From: Verrucomicrobiota bacterium
Lineage (GTDB): Bacteria; Verrucomicrobiota; Verrucomicrobiia; Chthoniobacterales; UBA6821
Assembly: GCA_008932965.1 (NCBI GenBank)
Contig: WBXG01000023.1
Span: forward strand, 1 to 25,358
Direction: 5' to 3'
DNA: 25,358 bases
The translations under genes were made by a program, and so were the position numbers. Shown here piece after piece: positions 1 to 7,801 of this stretch. The notes under the pieces were generated by a model. That model ran no database searches. It was not told the DNA's origin and saw only the letters and a program-made list of their open reading frames with translations. How positions within the stretch are numbered: the stretch's first letter is position 1; the number at the start of each line of letters is the position of its first letter.

Positions 1-133
1 ACAAGGCGGGCGAAGGATTGGGATGCCGGGCTGTATGTTTCATACTGTCCAAATCACAATTCGAGACCAACGCAGTAATGATGAGCTTTCCACAAGCCGT
101 AATAGATTTAGTGTGAAATATGCAGGTTAAGGC
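1..133 (+). repeat. Copy A (5' end cut by window edge) of the multi-copy structured intergenic element, short form; candidate ncRNA or MITE-like repeat
   Basis: acaagg-N3-gcgaaggattg-N3-atgccgg-N-ctgtatg (1-37) matches copy C at 15142-15177 and, without the atgccgg and ctgtatg segments, copy B at 6431-6470. catactgtccaaatca (41-56) is identical to 13454-13469. gagctttccacaa (83-95) is identical to 6515-6527. The 3' end gtgtgaaatatgcaggttaagg resembles the 3' ends of copies C and D. It ends 27 nt before recF. Confidence 0.75.
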
Positions 134-160
134 TGAAGTTCTCCCAAAAAAACGCTCATT

Positions 161-1228
161 GTGAATATCCTCACCAGACTAACGCTCCAACATTTCCGCT
201 CTTTTTCCTCAAAATCTCTTGAGCTACATCCTGGACTCAACTTCATCATTGGCCCCAATGCTCAAGGGAAGACCTCTCTTCTGGAAGCAGCGTGTGTCTT
301 GCTACGGCTCAAGTCTCCCCTCACGCATACGCTCACTGAGGCAATTCGCTTTGGAGAGGAAGCATTTTTTTTAGCAGGAAGCTATGGAGGCAAAGAACTT
401 TCGATGCGCTTTTCACCTGGTGAGAAGGTCAAACGTCTACTCCAGATCGACGATGTCACTCAGCAAGAGACAACAGATTATTTAAGCACAGGTTGTATTG
501 TTTGGTTTGGAAGCGATGATCGAGAAATCATCAATGGCCCAGGAGAGCGACGTCGCCGTTTTTTGGATAGTGCAGGATTGCAACTTAGTAATGACTATAG
601 AAAACACTTGAAATTTTACGAAAAGGCCCTTCGTTCACGTAACTTGGTGTTGCGGAAACAGCGACCTCGACGTGAGGTAGAGGCTTACAATTCGATCCTA
701 ATAGAAAATGGAGATGCACTCATGAATCTGCGAGCACATCTTTGCAAAGCCTTAGCACCACAAGCTGCTCAGGCTTGCCATTCTATTTCACAAGAAAAAC
801 TAATGCTGCACTACCAACCAGGGGCATCCATGACCATGCGTGAGGCATTAGAAAATTCTCTAGCCAAAGAAATAGAACTCGGGATGACTTTAGTGGGCCC
901 TCACCGTGATGAGCTTCTTATTAGACTGAATGATATTCCAACTGCCACCTTCGGCTCGGAAGGGCAACGGCGTACCGTAGCCTTGTCATTGAAACTTGGT
1001 TTAGCCAATTTACTCCACCAAGAAAAATTAACCCCACCACTTCTCTTGCTCGATGACGTCTTTGGAGAACTTGATCCAGAACGTAGAAGTGCTTTACTTG
1101 CAGGATTGCCCCTAGAAGCACAAGCTCTCCTTACTACGACTGATATGGAAGGAATAGAACTACCTCAAACAACAACAACTCATTTTTTTGCTCTTAAAGA
1201 TGAAATATCTGAGCTATCCCTTTTTTAA
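161..1228 (+). CDS. recF: DNA replication and repair protein RecF
   Basis: 355-aa ORF with a GTG start. It has an N-terminal Walker A (GPNAQGKTSLLEA), the SMC-like RecF layout, and a C-terminal Walker B/D-loop (LLLLDDVFGELDPERR). Confidence 0.92.
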   Translation: MNILTRLTLQHFRSFSSKSLELHPGLNFIIGPNAQGKTSLLEAACVLLRLKSPLTHTLTEAIRFGEEAFFLAGSYGGKELSMRFSPGEKVKRLLQIDDVTQQETTDYLSTGCIVWFGSDDREIINGPGERRRRFLDSAGLQLSNDYRKHLKFYEKALRSRNLVLRKQRPRREVEAYNSILIENGDALMNLRAHLCKALAPQAAQACHSISQEKLMLHYQPGASMTMREALENSLAKEIELGMTLVGPHRDELLIRLNDIPTATFGSEGQRRTVALSLKLGLANLLHQEKLTPPLLLLDDVFGELDPERRSALLAGLPLEAQALLTTTDMEGIELPQTTTTHFFALKDEISELSLF

Positions 1229-3364
1229 CATCATTTTTTGATGCTTTAAGGCACGCTGGGGAAGAATCTCTTGAATCAATTTTTTCCAACGTTCTCGTGT
1301 AGCCTCTTTAGTAAAATTTTTTACCGAGCAAAATCCATTATTAATGAGTCTCGAGCGGAGTTCCTCACTCTCTTTGAGTCTTCGGAGCTGCACAAAAAAT
1401 TCCTCCAGCGAGGTTGCCACAAGATAGTCTTTACCTGGGTGTCCATCGCAGGCATAGGCCACATCACTTCCTCCAATAAAAGGAACTCCTGCAAGCCAGG
1501 CATTGTAGAGCTTCGTTGCTGGTTTATGATAATGGGGTGATTTTGAAAAATCACGAATACCAATCGCACAATCCACTTGACTATAATCATTCCATTCTGA
1601 GGGAGGCGCTATTGTAAAAGTAAGCCCAAGCTCTTGTTCCAGCCGATGATGCCATGCCGTTGAAATTAATTCCATGGCAAGATTTTGTTTTTCCCCGAAA
1701 AAAACAATGTTCTTAAAACAAGTCCCTCGTTGAGGATTCCGAGGAATCAAGCGGGATTGTGGCCAATGCGGTATAAAAAAAGCATTACGAAGCCTCTTTG
1801 CTTGGACCCGATTCTGAACAATATAAAAATGAGCAGTGGGATGGGGTGAGGCATCAGCCACAATATCCACCAAAAAAACATCAGGTGATAATGGGGGATT
1901 TATTCCAAAAGTGGGATCAGTAGCAGAAGTAAGAGCAAGCATAATACCACATTTTTTGGGAGCCATGGATAGATCGCAAGGAATGCTGGCCTCTTTCAAA
2001 AATTCTACTGTTTGATAAATCCAACTATGGCTACAGGTGAACTCTGTTTCAGGACTGATTTTCCCTTCCCTCCAAGCCTTTAAACACTTTTCTTGAGGTA
2101 ATAATGGCTCTGGAAGAAAAAAAGAAAGATTTTGCCATGGCTGTTGAAATTCTTCCCATAAAAGAGCTGCAATTTTTTTTCTGTGAAAAGACTCTCGATA
2201 CCGCGCCACCCAACTCCAATAAAAATTGAAAAGATGGTGATGATTTTTTTCTTTTTTTAGAACAATTTGTTGCCACGCATCAATGATCCCATCTGCTTTC
2301 TTTGTGACTTTTTTCCAGTGAAGTGAAAGAGCTTTTTTCTGTTGATAGTACAATTCAAGGCTCTTCAAATAGCTTTCATAGGAATATTCGGACCAATAAG
2401 CAAGCTCTCGAGCGGCCTCTCTTTGTTTTCCATGAACCATTGAGGCAACTTCAGCGCGTTTTTTCATTGCTTCCACTGTTGCATTCAGGGCATGGGTGAG
2501 GAGCTCCCAAACCTCTTGGGAACTAGCAGAAAAGAGTTCCATGCGATTTATCTCAATATCACAAGCAAGACTTGCAGCATGAGCAGCCAAGGACCAATCG
2601 ATCGCACATTCCTCCTCCTTTTCCTCGGCAGCTTGGGCGGCCTTGATTCTCCATTGGAAAGCAGAAGTGGCAAAATTAAGCACTCTATTCCAATGATCAT
2701 GATTTTTTTTATCACTTTCTAATAGTGGTGCCTCACACTTGCGTTGAAAGATAGCAGACAGAAGTGCTGAGTAAGCTACTAATTTGCAACGATAGATAAG
2801 CACCTCATCGTCCAAGGAGCGTGTTCCCATTTTAGCAATTTTTTGAGCATATAAAAACCAGCTCTGTGCCTCATCATAGAGGCAATTAGTCTTTGGAGCC
2901 TTTTCTAGATATTTTGTTGCTACTTTTTGAACCTGAGCAATTTCATATTCTAAAAAAGGGGAGTCGCTTACCTGAGAAACATTCATCCAATAACGGTAGT
3001 TCCAGACAGCTTCTCTCAATTCCTCTTTTTCAAAAAACCAGTATGGAGAAAGAGAAGAGAGGGATTTTTTCTCAAGAGCCTTCGCTAAACGATAACGTAC
3101 CTCTTGAGTTTTTCTGAGTGCGATGACTCTTGCATTGAAATCCCCTGGATTGGAAGTAAAGAGAATTTCATTTTCGTGACACTGCCTGGAGTAATTTCTA
3201 GCAGCATCGGAAGCGATTCTCCAGCACAGGGCGTTACTTTTTTTTCCTTCTGCTAGTGCTCTTAGAATCTCATGAGAATAGAGAGAGAGGCTTTTTTTAT
3301 TGGAATAAGGCTCTTTTAATAATGAGTTTTGTAATTCAAATGACTTCATGCATGAAAAATTCAA
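1214..3364 (-). CDS. Unknown two-domain protein: N-terminal Trp-containing all-helical repeat region (paralogous to the 3455-4648 product) plus a C-terminal alpha/beta domain that may be GT-B glycosyltransferase-like
   Basis: 716-aa uninterrupted ORF. The N-terminal ~400 aa align with the neighbouring 397-aa protein (ALCWRIASDAARN vs ALCWRIVADAACN; RIKAAQAAEEKEEECAIDWSLAAHAAS vs RIKAAEASHQKDEVTAIKWSLAAAAAA). The C-terminal ~300 aa contain IVFFGEKQN...KPATKLYNAWLAGVPFIGGSD, reminiscent of the nucleotide-sugar-binding half of GT-B enzymes; that similarity was judged by eye only. Its 3' end overlaps the recF 3' end by 15 nt, convergently. Confidence 0.7.
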   Translation of the reverse strand: MNFSCMKSFELQNSLLKEPYSNKKSLSLYSHEILRALAEGKKSNALCWRIASDAARNYSRQCHENEILFTSNPGDFNARVIALRKTQEVRYRLAKALEKKSLSSLSPYWFFEKEELREAVWNYRYWMNVSQVSDSPFLEYEIAQVQKVATKYLEKAPKTNCLYDEAQSWFLYAQKIAKMGTRSLDDEVLIYRCKLVAYSALLSAIFQRKCEAPLLESDKKNHDHWNRVLNFATSAFQWRIKAAQAAEEKEEECAIDWSLAAHAASLACDIEINRMELFSASSQEVWELLTHALNATVEAMKKRAEVASMVHGKQREAARELAYWSEYSYESYLKSLELYYQQKKALSLHWKKVTKKADGIIDAWQQIVLKKEKNHHHLFNFYWSWVARYRESFHRKKIAALLWEEFQQPWQNLSFFLPEPLLPQEKCLKAWREGKISPETEFTCSHSWIYQTVEFLKEASIPCDLSMAPKKCGIMLALTSATDPTFGINPPLSPDVFLVDIVADASPHPTAHFYIVQNRVQAKRLRNAFFIPHWPQSRLIPRNPQRGTCFKNIVFFGEKQNLAMELISTAWHHRLEQELGLTFTIAPPSEWNDYSQVDCAIGIRDFSKSPHYHKPATKLYNAWLAGVPFIGGSDVAYACDGHPGKDYLVATSLEEFFVQLRRLKESEELRSRLINNGFCSVKNFTKEATRERWKKLIQEILPQRALKHQKMMLKKG

Positions 3365-3371
3365 ACAGCTT

Positions 3372-3444
3372 CTTAACCCGGATATTGTATACTAAACGTA
3401 ACAAGGCTTCGCATGATGAATCATCATATAATATTCAGAGCAAG
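3372..3444 (-). repeat. Mini-copy H of the intergenic element (5' arm joined directly to 3' arm), minus-strand orientation
   Basis: On the minus strand it reads CTTGCTCTGAATATTATATGATGATTCATCATGCGAAGCC, about 70% identical to the 5' arm of copy C. This is followed by ...GTTTAGTATACAATATCCGGGTTAAG. ATATCCGGGTTAA is identical to the copy D 3' end, and GTTTAGTAT is shared with the copy B 3' end. It fills the 90-nt gap between the two paralogous genes. Confidence 0.6.
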
Positions 3445-3454
3445 GTATTTTTTG

Positions 3455-4648
3455 CTAACTAAAATAGACTTCTTTTGATGAAGGATCAGAGATCATTCTT
3501 CTATATTTTTTCTCTGCATAAAGAGCTCTTCTCTGCTGGTAGAGACGAGCAAGAGTGAAGCTTCGCTTGGTTTCGAGCTTCTTGAAATGTTTCCAAAGAG
3601 AGGCAACATGCTTAGCACCTTTTGTAGCTATTTCCCACTCTCTATTTGCTAGGGGATAGGATGACATGTAGGCTTCAATGACTTTGGTATAACAGTCATA
3701 ATAGTGTTCACTCCAAAAGGCAGCGTGATCCGAAAGAATATTTTTTTTCTTTAATGAGGTACTGTTTTTTCGCAGTTGCATTGTCTCCTCTGCTGCATGG
3801 AGCAAGTTATTCCAATGAGTAATAAGGCACTGATCTCCTATGGGGAATAATTCAAGCAGTTGAGTGTGAGCCTCTCTAACCTGGGCAGCTGCAGCTGCTG
3901 CTAAAGACCACTTTATAGCAGTTACTTCATCCTTCTGATGGGAAGCTTCTGCAGCCTTGATCCTGGCATAAAAAGCCTCCTCTCCATAATGAGCTGCCTC
4001 TTTCCAATGATATAATAGAATTTCATTATTCCTCGATCGAGAGGCCTCTACATGAAGATACGCAATGGCTACCTCAACAGCAGCACAGGCGGTTATTCGA
4101 AGGTGATAAGATTCTAGCAATGCTCTAGCAATTGATATGTTTTGAGCTTTTTTAAAATAGTTTGCTGCCTCTTCTGCAAAAAAAGAGACCTCTGGGGCGA
4201 GAAGCCTATATTTTTCAGCTGCCTGCTGCGTTTGCTCTATTTCGCTCTTCCATAAGTGAACACTTCTGGTCACGGATTGAAGAATCAAAGCAGCATAGCT
4301 TTCTGCTATCTCTTCCATTCCCTCTTGATTAAAAATCGATTCCTCAGTCCAAATTTGGCTAGAAACAGGCTGTTTATTAAGATGAGAACGAGATTTTATC
4401 CTGGACCCATCAAGATTCGCTATTTCCTCTTCACGATCAGCGTGAAAAATCCGGGTTAATGGTATTTCGTGATTCAGCCCATGAGCTAAAAAGGAACCTG
4501 GCAAGGAAATAATCTCGTTAGACTGATTCTCTTTAGATGCATTGCATGCAGCATCAGCAACAATTCTCCAGCAAAGTGCTAAAAGATCACAATGATTTCC
4601 CGTAGCTTTAAGAGCCTTATTACGATAAAAAAAGAGCGTTTTTGTCAA
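3455..4648 (-). CDS. Unknown Trp-containing helical-repeat protein, paralog of the N-terminal region of the 1214-3364 product
   Basis: 397-aa ORF, colinear with the N-terminal ~400 aa of the 716-aa neighbour. Shared blocks include ALCWRI, RIKAAxA...AIxWSLAA and FWSEHYYDCYTKVIEAY vs YWSEYSYESYLKSLELY. I recognise no known domain. Confidence 0.7.
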   Translation of the reverse strand: MTKTLFFYRNKALKATGNHCDLLALCWRIVADAACNASKENQSNEIISLPGSFLAHGLNHEIPLTRIFHADREEEIANLDGSRIKSRSHLNKQPVSSQIWTEESIFNQEGMEEIAESYAALILQSVTRSVHLWKSEIEQTQQAAEKYRLLAPEVSFFAEEAANYFKKAQNISIARALLESYHLRITACAAVEVAIAYLHVEASRSRNNEILLYHWKEAAHYGEEAFYARIKAAEASHQKDEVTAIKWSLAAAAAAQVREAHTQLLELFPIGDQCLITHWNNLLHAAEETMQLRKNSTSLKKKNILSDHAAFWSEHYYDCYTKVIEAYMSSYPLANREWEIATKGAKHVASLWKHFKKLETKRSFTLARLYQQRRALYAEKKYRRMISDPSSKEVYFS

Positions 4649-4707
4649 AGTTATTATTTTTTAAAATACTCTTGCAAATTTAGTTATTCATACCACTTTT
4701 ACTATAA

Positions 4708-4744
4708 AGCCCAGATGAAATATCTGGGCTAGATTTTCTTTTTG
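4708..4744 (+). terminator. Intrinsic-terminator-like hairpin in the divergent region upstream of dnaA
   Basis: Perfect 9-bp stem agcccagat / atctgggct (4708-4716 / 4722-4730) with loop gaaat, followed by agattttctttttg. No + strand ORF lies upstream. gatgaaatatctggg also resembles the 3' terminus of the repeat family (gtatgaaatatccggg). Confidence 0.35.
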
Positions 4745-4941
4745 TTCCATTCCCTAGCCTAAGTGAGTGTCAGGTCAAGCATTTTGAGTCTTGGGCTTCA
4801 AAAATATATCCTTTAAAACAAGATTTTTTCTTGAGTGGAGTAATGATTTTTTTAAAATAGAAAGCCATTTTGGAGTATTCCTTTTCTTTTTCTCCAGATT
4901 TAAAGCGACCTCCCTTCATCTTTACCCCTTTACGTTTTTTC

Positions 4942-6288
4942 ATGGACCTTAATAACCAAAAAATCTGGGAACAACTCTCTACCGTCCTTCAGCAACGCAT
5001 TAGTAGTGATGGCTATCAACGCTGGTTTAGTGATGTTTCTATTTTGAGCTATGATACAAAATCAATTAACCTGAGTGTCCCTAATCCTATTCATCAGTTT
5101 TTTATCGAGAGTAATTATTCCGCTCTCCTTTCCTCCTCAATAGAAGAAATTTTCAAAAGCACGCGTCAGCTTCATTTTATACCGCGTGAGCTCCAAGAGC
5201 AGGATATCGATCTTAAATCAAAAAATCCTCTACTGCCTCCTTCTATTGCCAAAAAAGCCTCTGCTTCCTTGGGTTTAAATCCTTCCTATACCTTCGAAAA
5301 TTTTATTGTTGGAGCCAACAATCAATTTGCCCATGCAGCTGGACTGGCTGTAGCTCAAAGCCCCGCCAAGACCTACAATCCTCTCTTTATATATGGTGAA
5401 AGCGGCCTTGGTAAAACACATCTTCTTCATGCAATAGGCCATCACATCTTAGCTCATAAAAAGGGAGCGAAAGTCGTCTACCTGCGCAGTGAACAGTTTA
5501 CGAACGAATTTATTGATGCGATTCAGCATGGAACACTCTTCCAGTTTCGCAAGCGTTACCGACAAGCTGATATTCTCATGATTGATGATATCCAATTCTT
5601 CGCTGGAAAAGAGCGATCGCAGGAAGAATTTTTTCATACCTTTGGTGCACTCCATGATGGACACAAACAAATCATCCTCACAAGTGATCGCTCCCCTAGT
5701 GAAATTGAAAAATTGGAAAAGCGACTTGTCTCCCGCTTTGAATGGGGCATGACAGCAGAGGTACAGCCTCCTGATATTGAAACACGCTTAGCTATTTTGC
5801 ACAGAAAAGCAGAGACTCTTGGAATGATGATTGAAACATGGGTGCTCGAATTTTTAGCTGAACATATTCGTACCGATATTCGCAGAATGGAAGGAGCCTT
5901 AATGCGCGTGATGGCCTACCAATCACTTAGCGGAAAGCCACTCCAACAACAGGATATCAATCACCTTTTGCGTGATGTTTTTCAAGAACAAGCCCGTAAA
6001 AATATTACAATAGATCAAATTCAAAAAAGAGTTGCTGACTATTTCGATATTCGTCTTGCAGATATGTCAAGTAAACGAAGGCAAGCTAGTATCGCCTATC
6101 CTCGACAAGTAGCCATGTATCTCGCACGTGAAATGACTCCCTCCACACTCAAGGAAATTGGGGAAGCCTTTGGAGGAAAAGATCACGGAACAGTGATTCA
6201 TGCACACAAACTTATTAAGAAGCGCATGGATGGAGATCTTCGTTTGAGAGATCTCATGCGCCAACTTGATAAACAATTGGCTCAGTAG
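4942..6288 (+). CDS. dnaA: Chromosomal replication initiator protein DnaA
   Basis: AAA+ Walker A GESGLGKTHLLHA, Walker B ILMIDDIQF, and domain IV HTH (RQVAMYLAREMT...IGEAFGGKDHGTVIHA). The ORF track starts at a TTG at 4870. The ATG at 4942 (MDLNNQKIWEQL...) gives a typical DnaA N-terminus, so I prefer it. Confidence 0.93.
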   Translation: MDLNNQKIWEQLSTVLQQRISSDGYQRWFSDVSILSYDTKSINLSVPNPIHQFFIESNYSALLSSSIEEIFKSTRQLHFIPRELQEQDIDLKSKNPLLPPSIAKKASASLGLNPSYTFENFIVGANNQFAHAAGLAVAQSPAKTYNPLFIYGESGLGKTHLLHAIGHHILAHKKGAKVVYLRSEQFTNEFIDAIQHGTLFQFRKRYRQADILMIDDIQFFAGKERSQEEFFHTFGALHDGHKQIILTSDRSPSEIEKLEKRLVSRFEWGMTAEVQPPDIETRLAILHRKAETLGMMIETWVLEFLAEHIRTDIRRMEGALMRVMAYQSLSGKPLQQQDINHLLRDVFQEQARKNITIDQIQKRVADYFDIRLADMSSKRRQASIAYPRQVAMYLAREMTPSTLKEIGEAFGGKDHGTVIHAHKLIKKRMDGDLRLRDLMRQLDKQLAQ

Positions 6289-6377
6289 AAATTTTTTCAC
6301 CTCAATGAATTCATTTAAAACAACCACTCATCGATAAGTCTTAATAATTCATAAGCAAATAATAATGATTAGAATGC

Positions 6378-6558
6378 TACCCTAATATTTTATACTGAAT
6401 CCTTATGAGTCACCGTTTAAGGCGTATTAATACAAGGCTAGCGAAGGATGGTCATACTGGACTGCAGGAATAGATACCGCCGCAATGATTATCTGAGACC
6501 AGCGTAGTTGCCATAGAGCTTTCCACAAACCGTAACAGGTTTAGTATGATACATCGGG
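6378..6558 (+). repeat. Copy B of the structured intergenic element, short form, in the dnaA-dnaN spacer
   Basis: The terminal helix accctaatattttatactgaatc (6378-6400) pairs with aggtttagtatgatacatcgggt (6536-6558), including several G-U pairs. Internal blocks shared with copies A and C are attaatacaagg, gcgaaggat, gagaccagcgtag and gagctttccacaa. Confidence 0.8.
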
Positions 6559-6665
6559 TCTCAATCTTTTTTCTTTATTGAAACTATCCTTAGCGCTGCA
6601 ATGATGATTATTCTTCCTCGATTTTTATCTCCATTTTTCACTCCTTACTCGTTACTTTTTATAAA

Positions 6666-7781
6666 ATGAAATTCACGGTTACCAAACAAGCACTTCTGGA
6701 TGGGTTGCAACGTATTCAAAATATCATTAGCACTCGTGTCACCCTTCCTATCCTCTCCAACCTTCTTTTAGAAGCAACCGAGCATGGTCTTACTTTAGTA
6801 GCCACAGATCGTGAAGTAAGCCTTCGTACTTTCGTAAACGCTATTGTTATCGACAAACAAGGATCAACGACCTTGCCTGCACGTCGTCTTCTTTCCATTA
6901 TTAGAGAGCTTCCTATTGAGGAAATCTCTTTTGAAACGGATGCCCGGCATATTACTTCCATTCGGAGTGGCGCTAGTTTTTTCAAAATTTTTGGATTACC
7001 TAAGGATGAGTTCCCTGAGTTCCCTTCTTTAGAGGAGACGCGAGGTTTTATCATGAAACAAGGGGTGCTCAAGGATGGGCTTCACAAGACCTCCTACGCT
7101 ATTTCTTTGGATGCTTCACGTTATGTGCTCAATGGAATTCTTTTTTCTTTCAAGGAGGGTTCTCTTACTCTTGTGGCCACCGATGGGCGTCGCTTAGCTC
7201 TTTGTGATGCAGAACTAGGTGAGATAAAATATCCAGCAGATCATGAATGTGATTTTATTGTTCCTACAAAGGCGATTAATGAACTCGAACGGTTGCTTTT
7301 AGATGAACAAGAAGTACGTCTTTTTGTGGGGGATAATCTTGTAGCTTTTGATCTTGGTGGATCTGTACTAGCTACAAAATTAGTCGATGGAAAATACCCT
7401 AATTATCGCCAGGTTATTCCTTCTGAAGCAACGGAGCGCATCACCTTAGAGCGAGAGCAACTGTTACAATCCGTAAGACGCGTTGCTCTCCTTAGCAATG
7501 ATAGGAGTGGTTCTATTTGTTTTCATTTTTCAGAGCACAATTTGGATATTACTTCTAATACTCCTGAAGTAGGAGAGGCCAAGGAATCCCTCTCTATTGT
7601 TTACAAAGGACCGAGGCTTTCCATTGCATTTAATCCTGATTTTCTCATGGATCCTCTTAAAAATCTCAATGATGATTTCGTTGCCCTAGAGCTCATTGAT
7701 GAAATGAGTCCTGGTGTTTTTAAAATTAATTCTGGTCAACGATTTCTCTACGTTTTGATGCCCATACGGGTTTCTAAGTAA
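6666..7781 (+). CDS. dnaN: DNA polymerase III beta sliding clamp
   Basis: 371-aa ORF downstream of dnaA. It has the typical clamp N-terminus (MKFTV.K..L...L......V..R..LPILSNLLLEA) and a length consistent with three domains. Confidence 0.93.
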   Translation: MKFTVTKQALLDGLQRIQNIISTRVTLPILSNLLLEATEHGLTLVATDREVSLRTFVNAIVIDKQGSTTLPARRLLSIIRELPIEEISFETDARHITSIRSGASFFKIFGLPKDEFPEFPSLEETRGFIMKQGVLKDGLHKTSYAISLDASRYVLNGILFSFKEGSLTLVATDGRRLALCDAELGEIKYPADHECDFIVPTKAINELERLLLDEQEVRLFVGDNLVAFDLGGSVLATKLVDGKYPNYRQVIPSEATERITLEREQLLQSVRRVALLSNDRSGSICFHFSEHNLDITSNTPEVGEAKESLSIVYKGPRLSIAFNPDFLMDPLKNLNDDFVALELIDEMSPGVFKINSGQRFLYVLMPIRVSK

Positions 7782-7801
7782 TCAGGGCTGAAAAGAGACT
7801 A

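Noticed and set aside
86-94. DnaA-box-like word ctttccaca in copy A, also in copy B at 6518-6526
   Set aside because: It has one mismatch to TTWTNCACA and occurs once per element. Copies C, D and E have diverged at this position, and there is no clustering. It is more likely part of the element's own conserved core than an origin signal.
6390-6395. The conserved tatact / catact word near the 5' end of each copy as a -10 promoter box
   Set aside because: Only copy B has a tolerable -35 (ttagaa with a 16-nt spacer). Copies C and D have none. The word is base-paired within the terminal helix (gtata/gtatg partner), which explains its conservation.
6491-6506. TPP-riboswitch-like words ctgaga and ccagcgtag in copy B
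   Set aside because: The rest of the THI-box (acctgatctggataatg, paired P2/P4 arms) is missing. Other copies differ at these positions, and no thiamine gene is adjacent.
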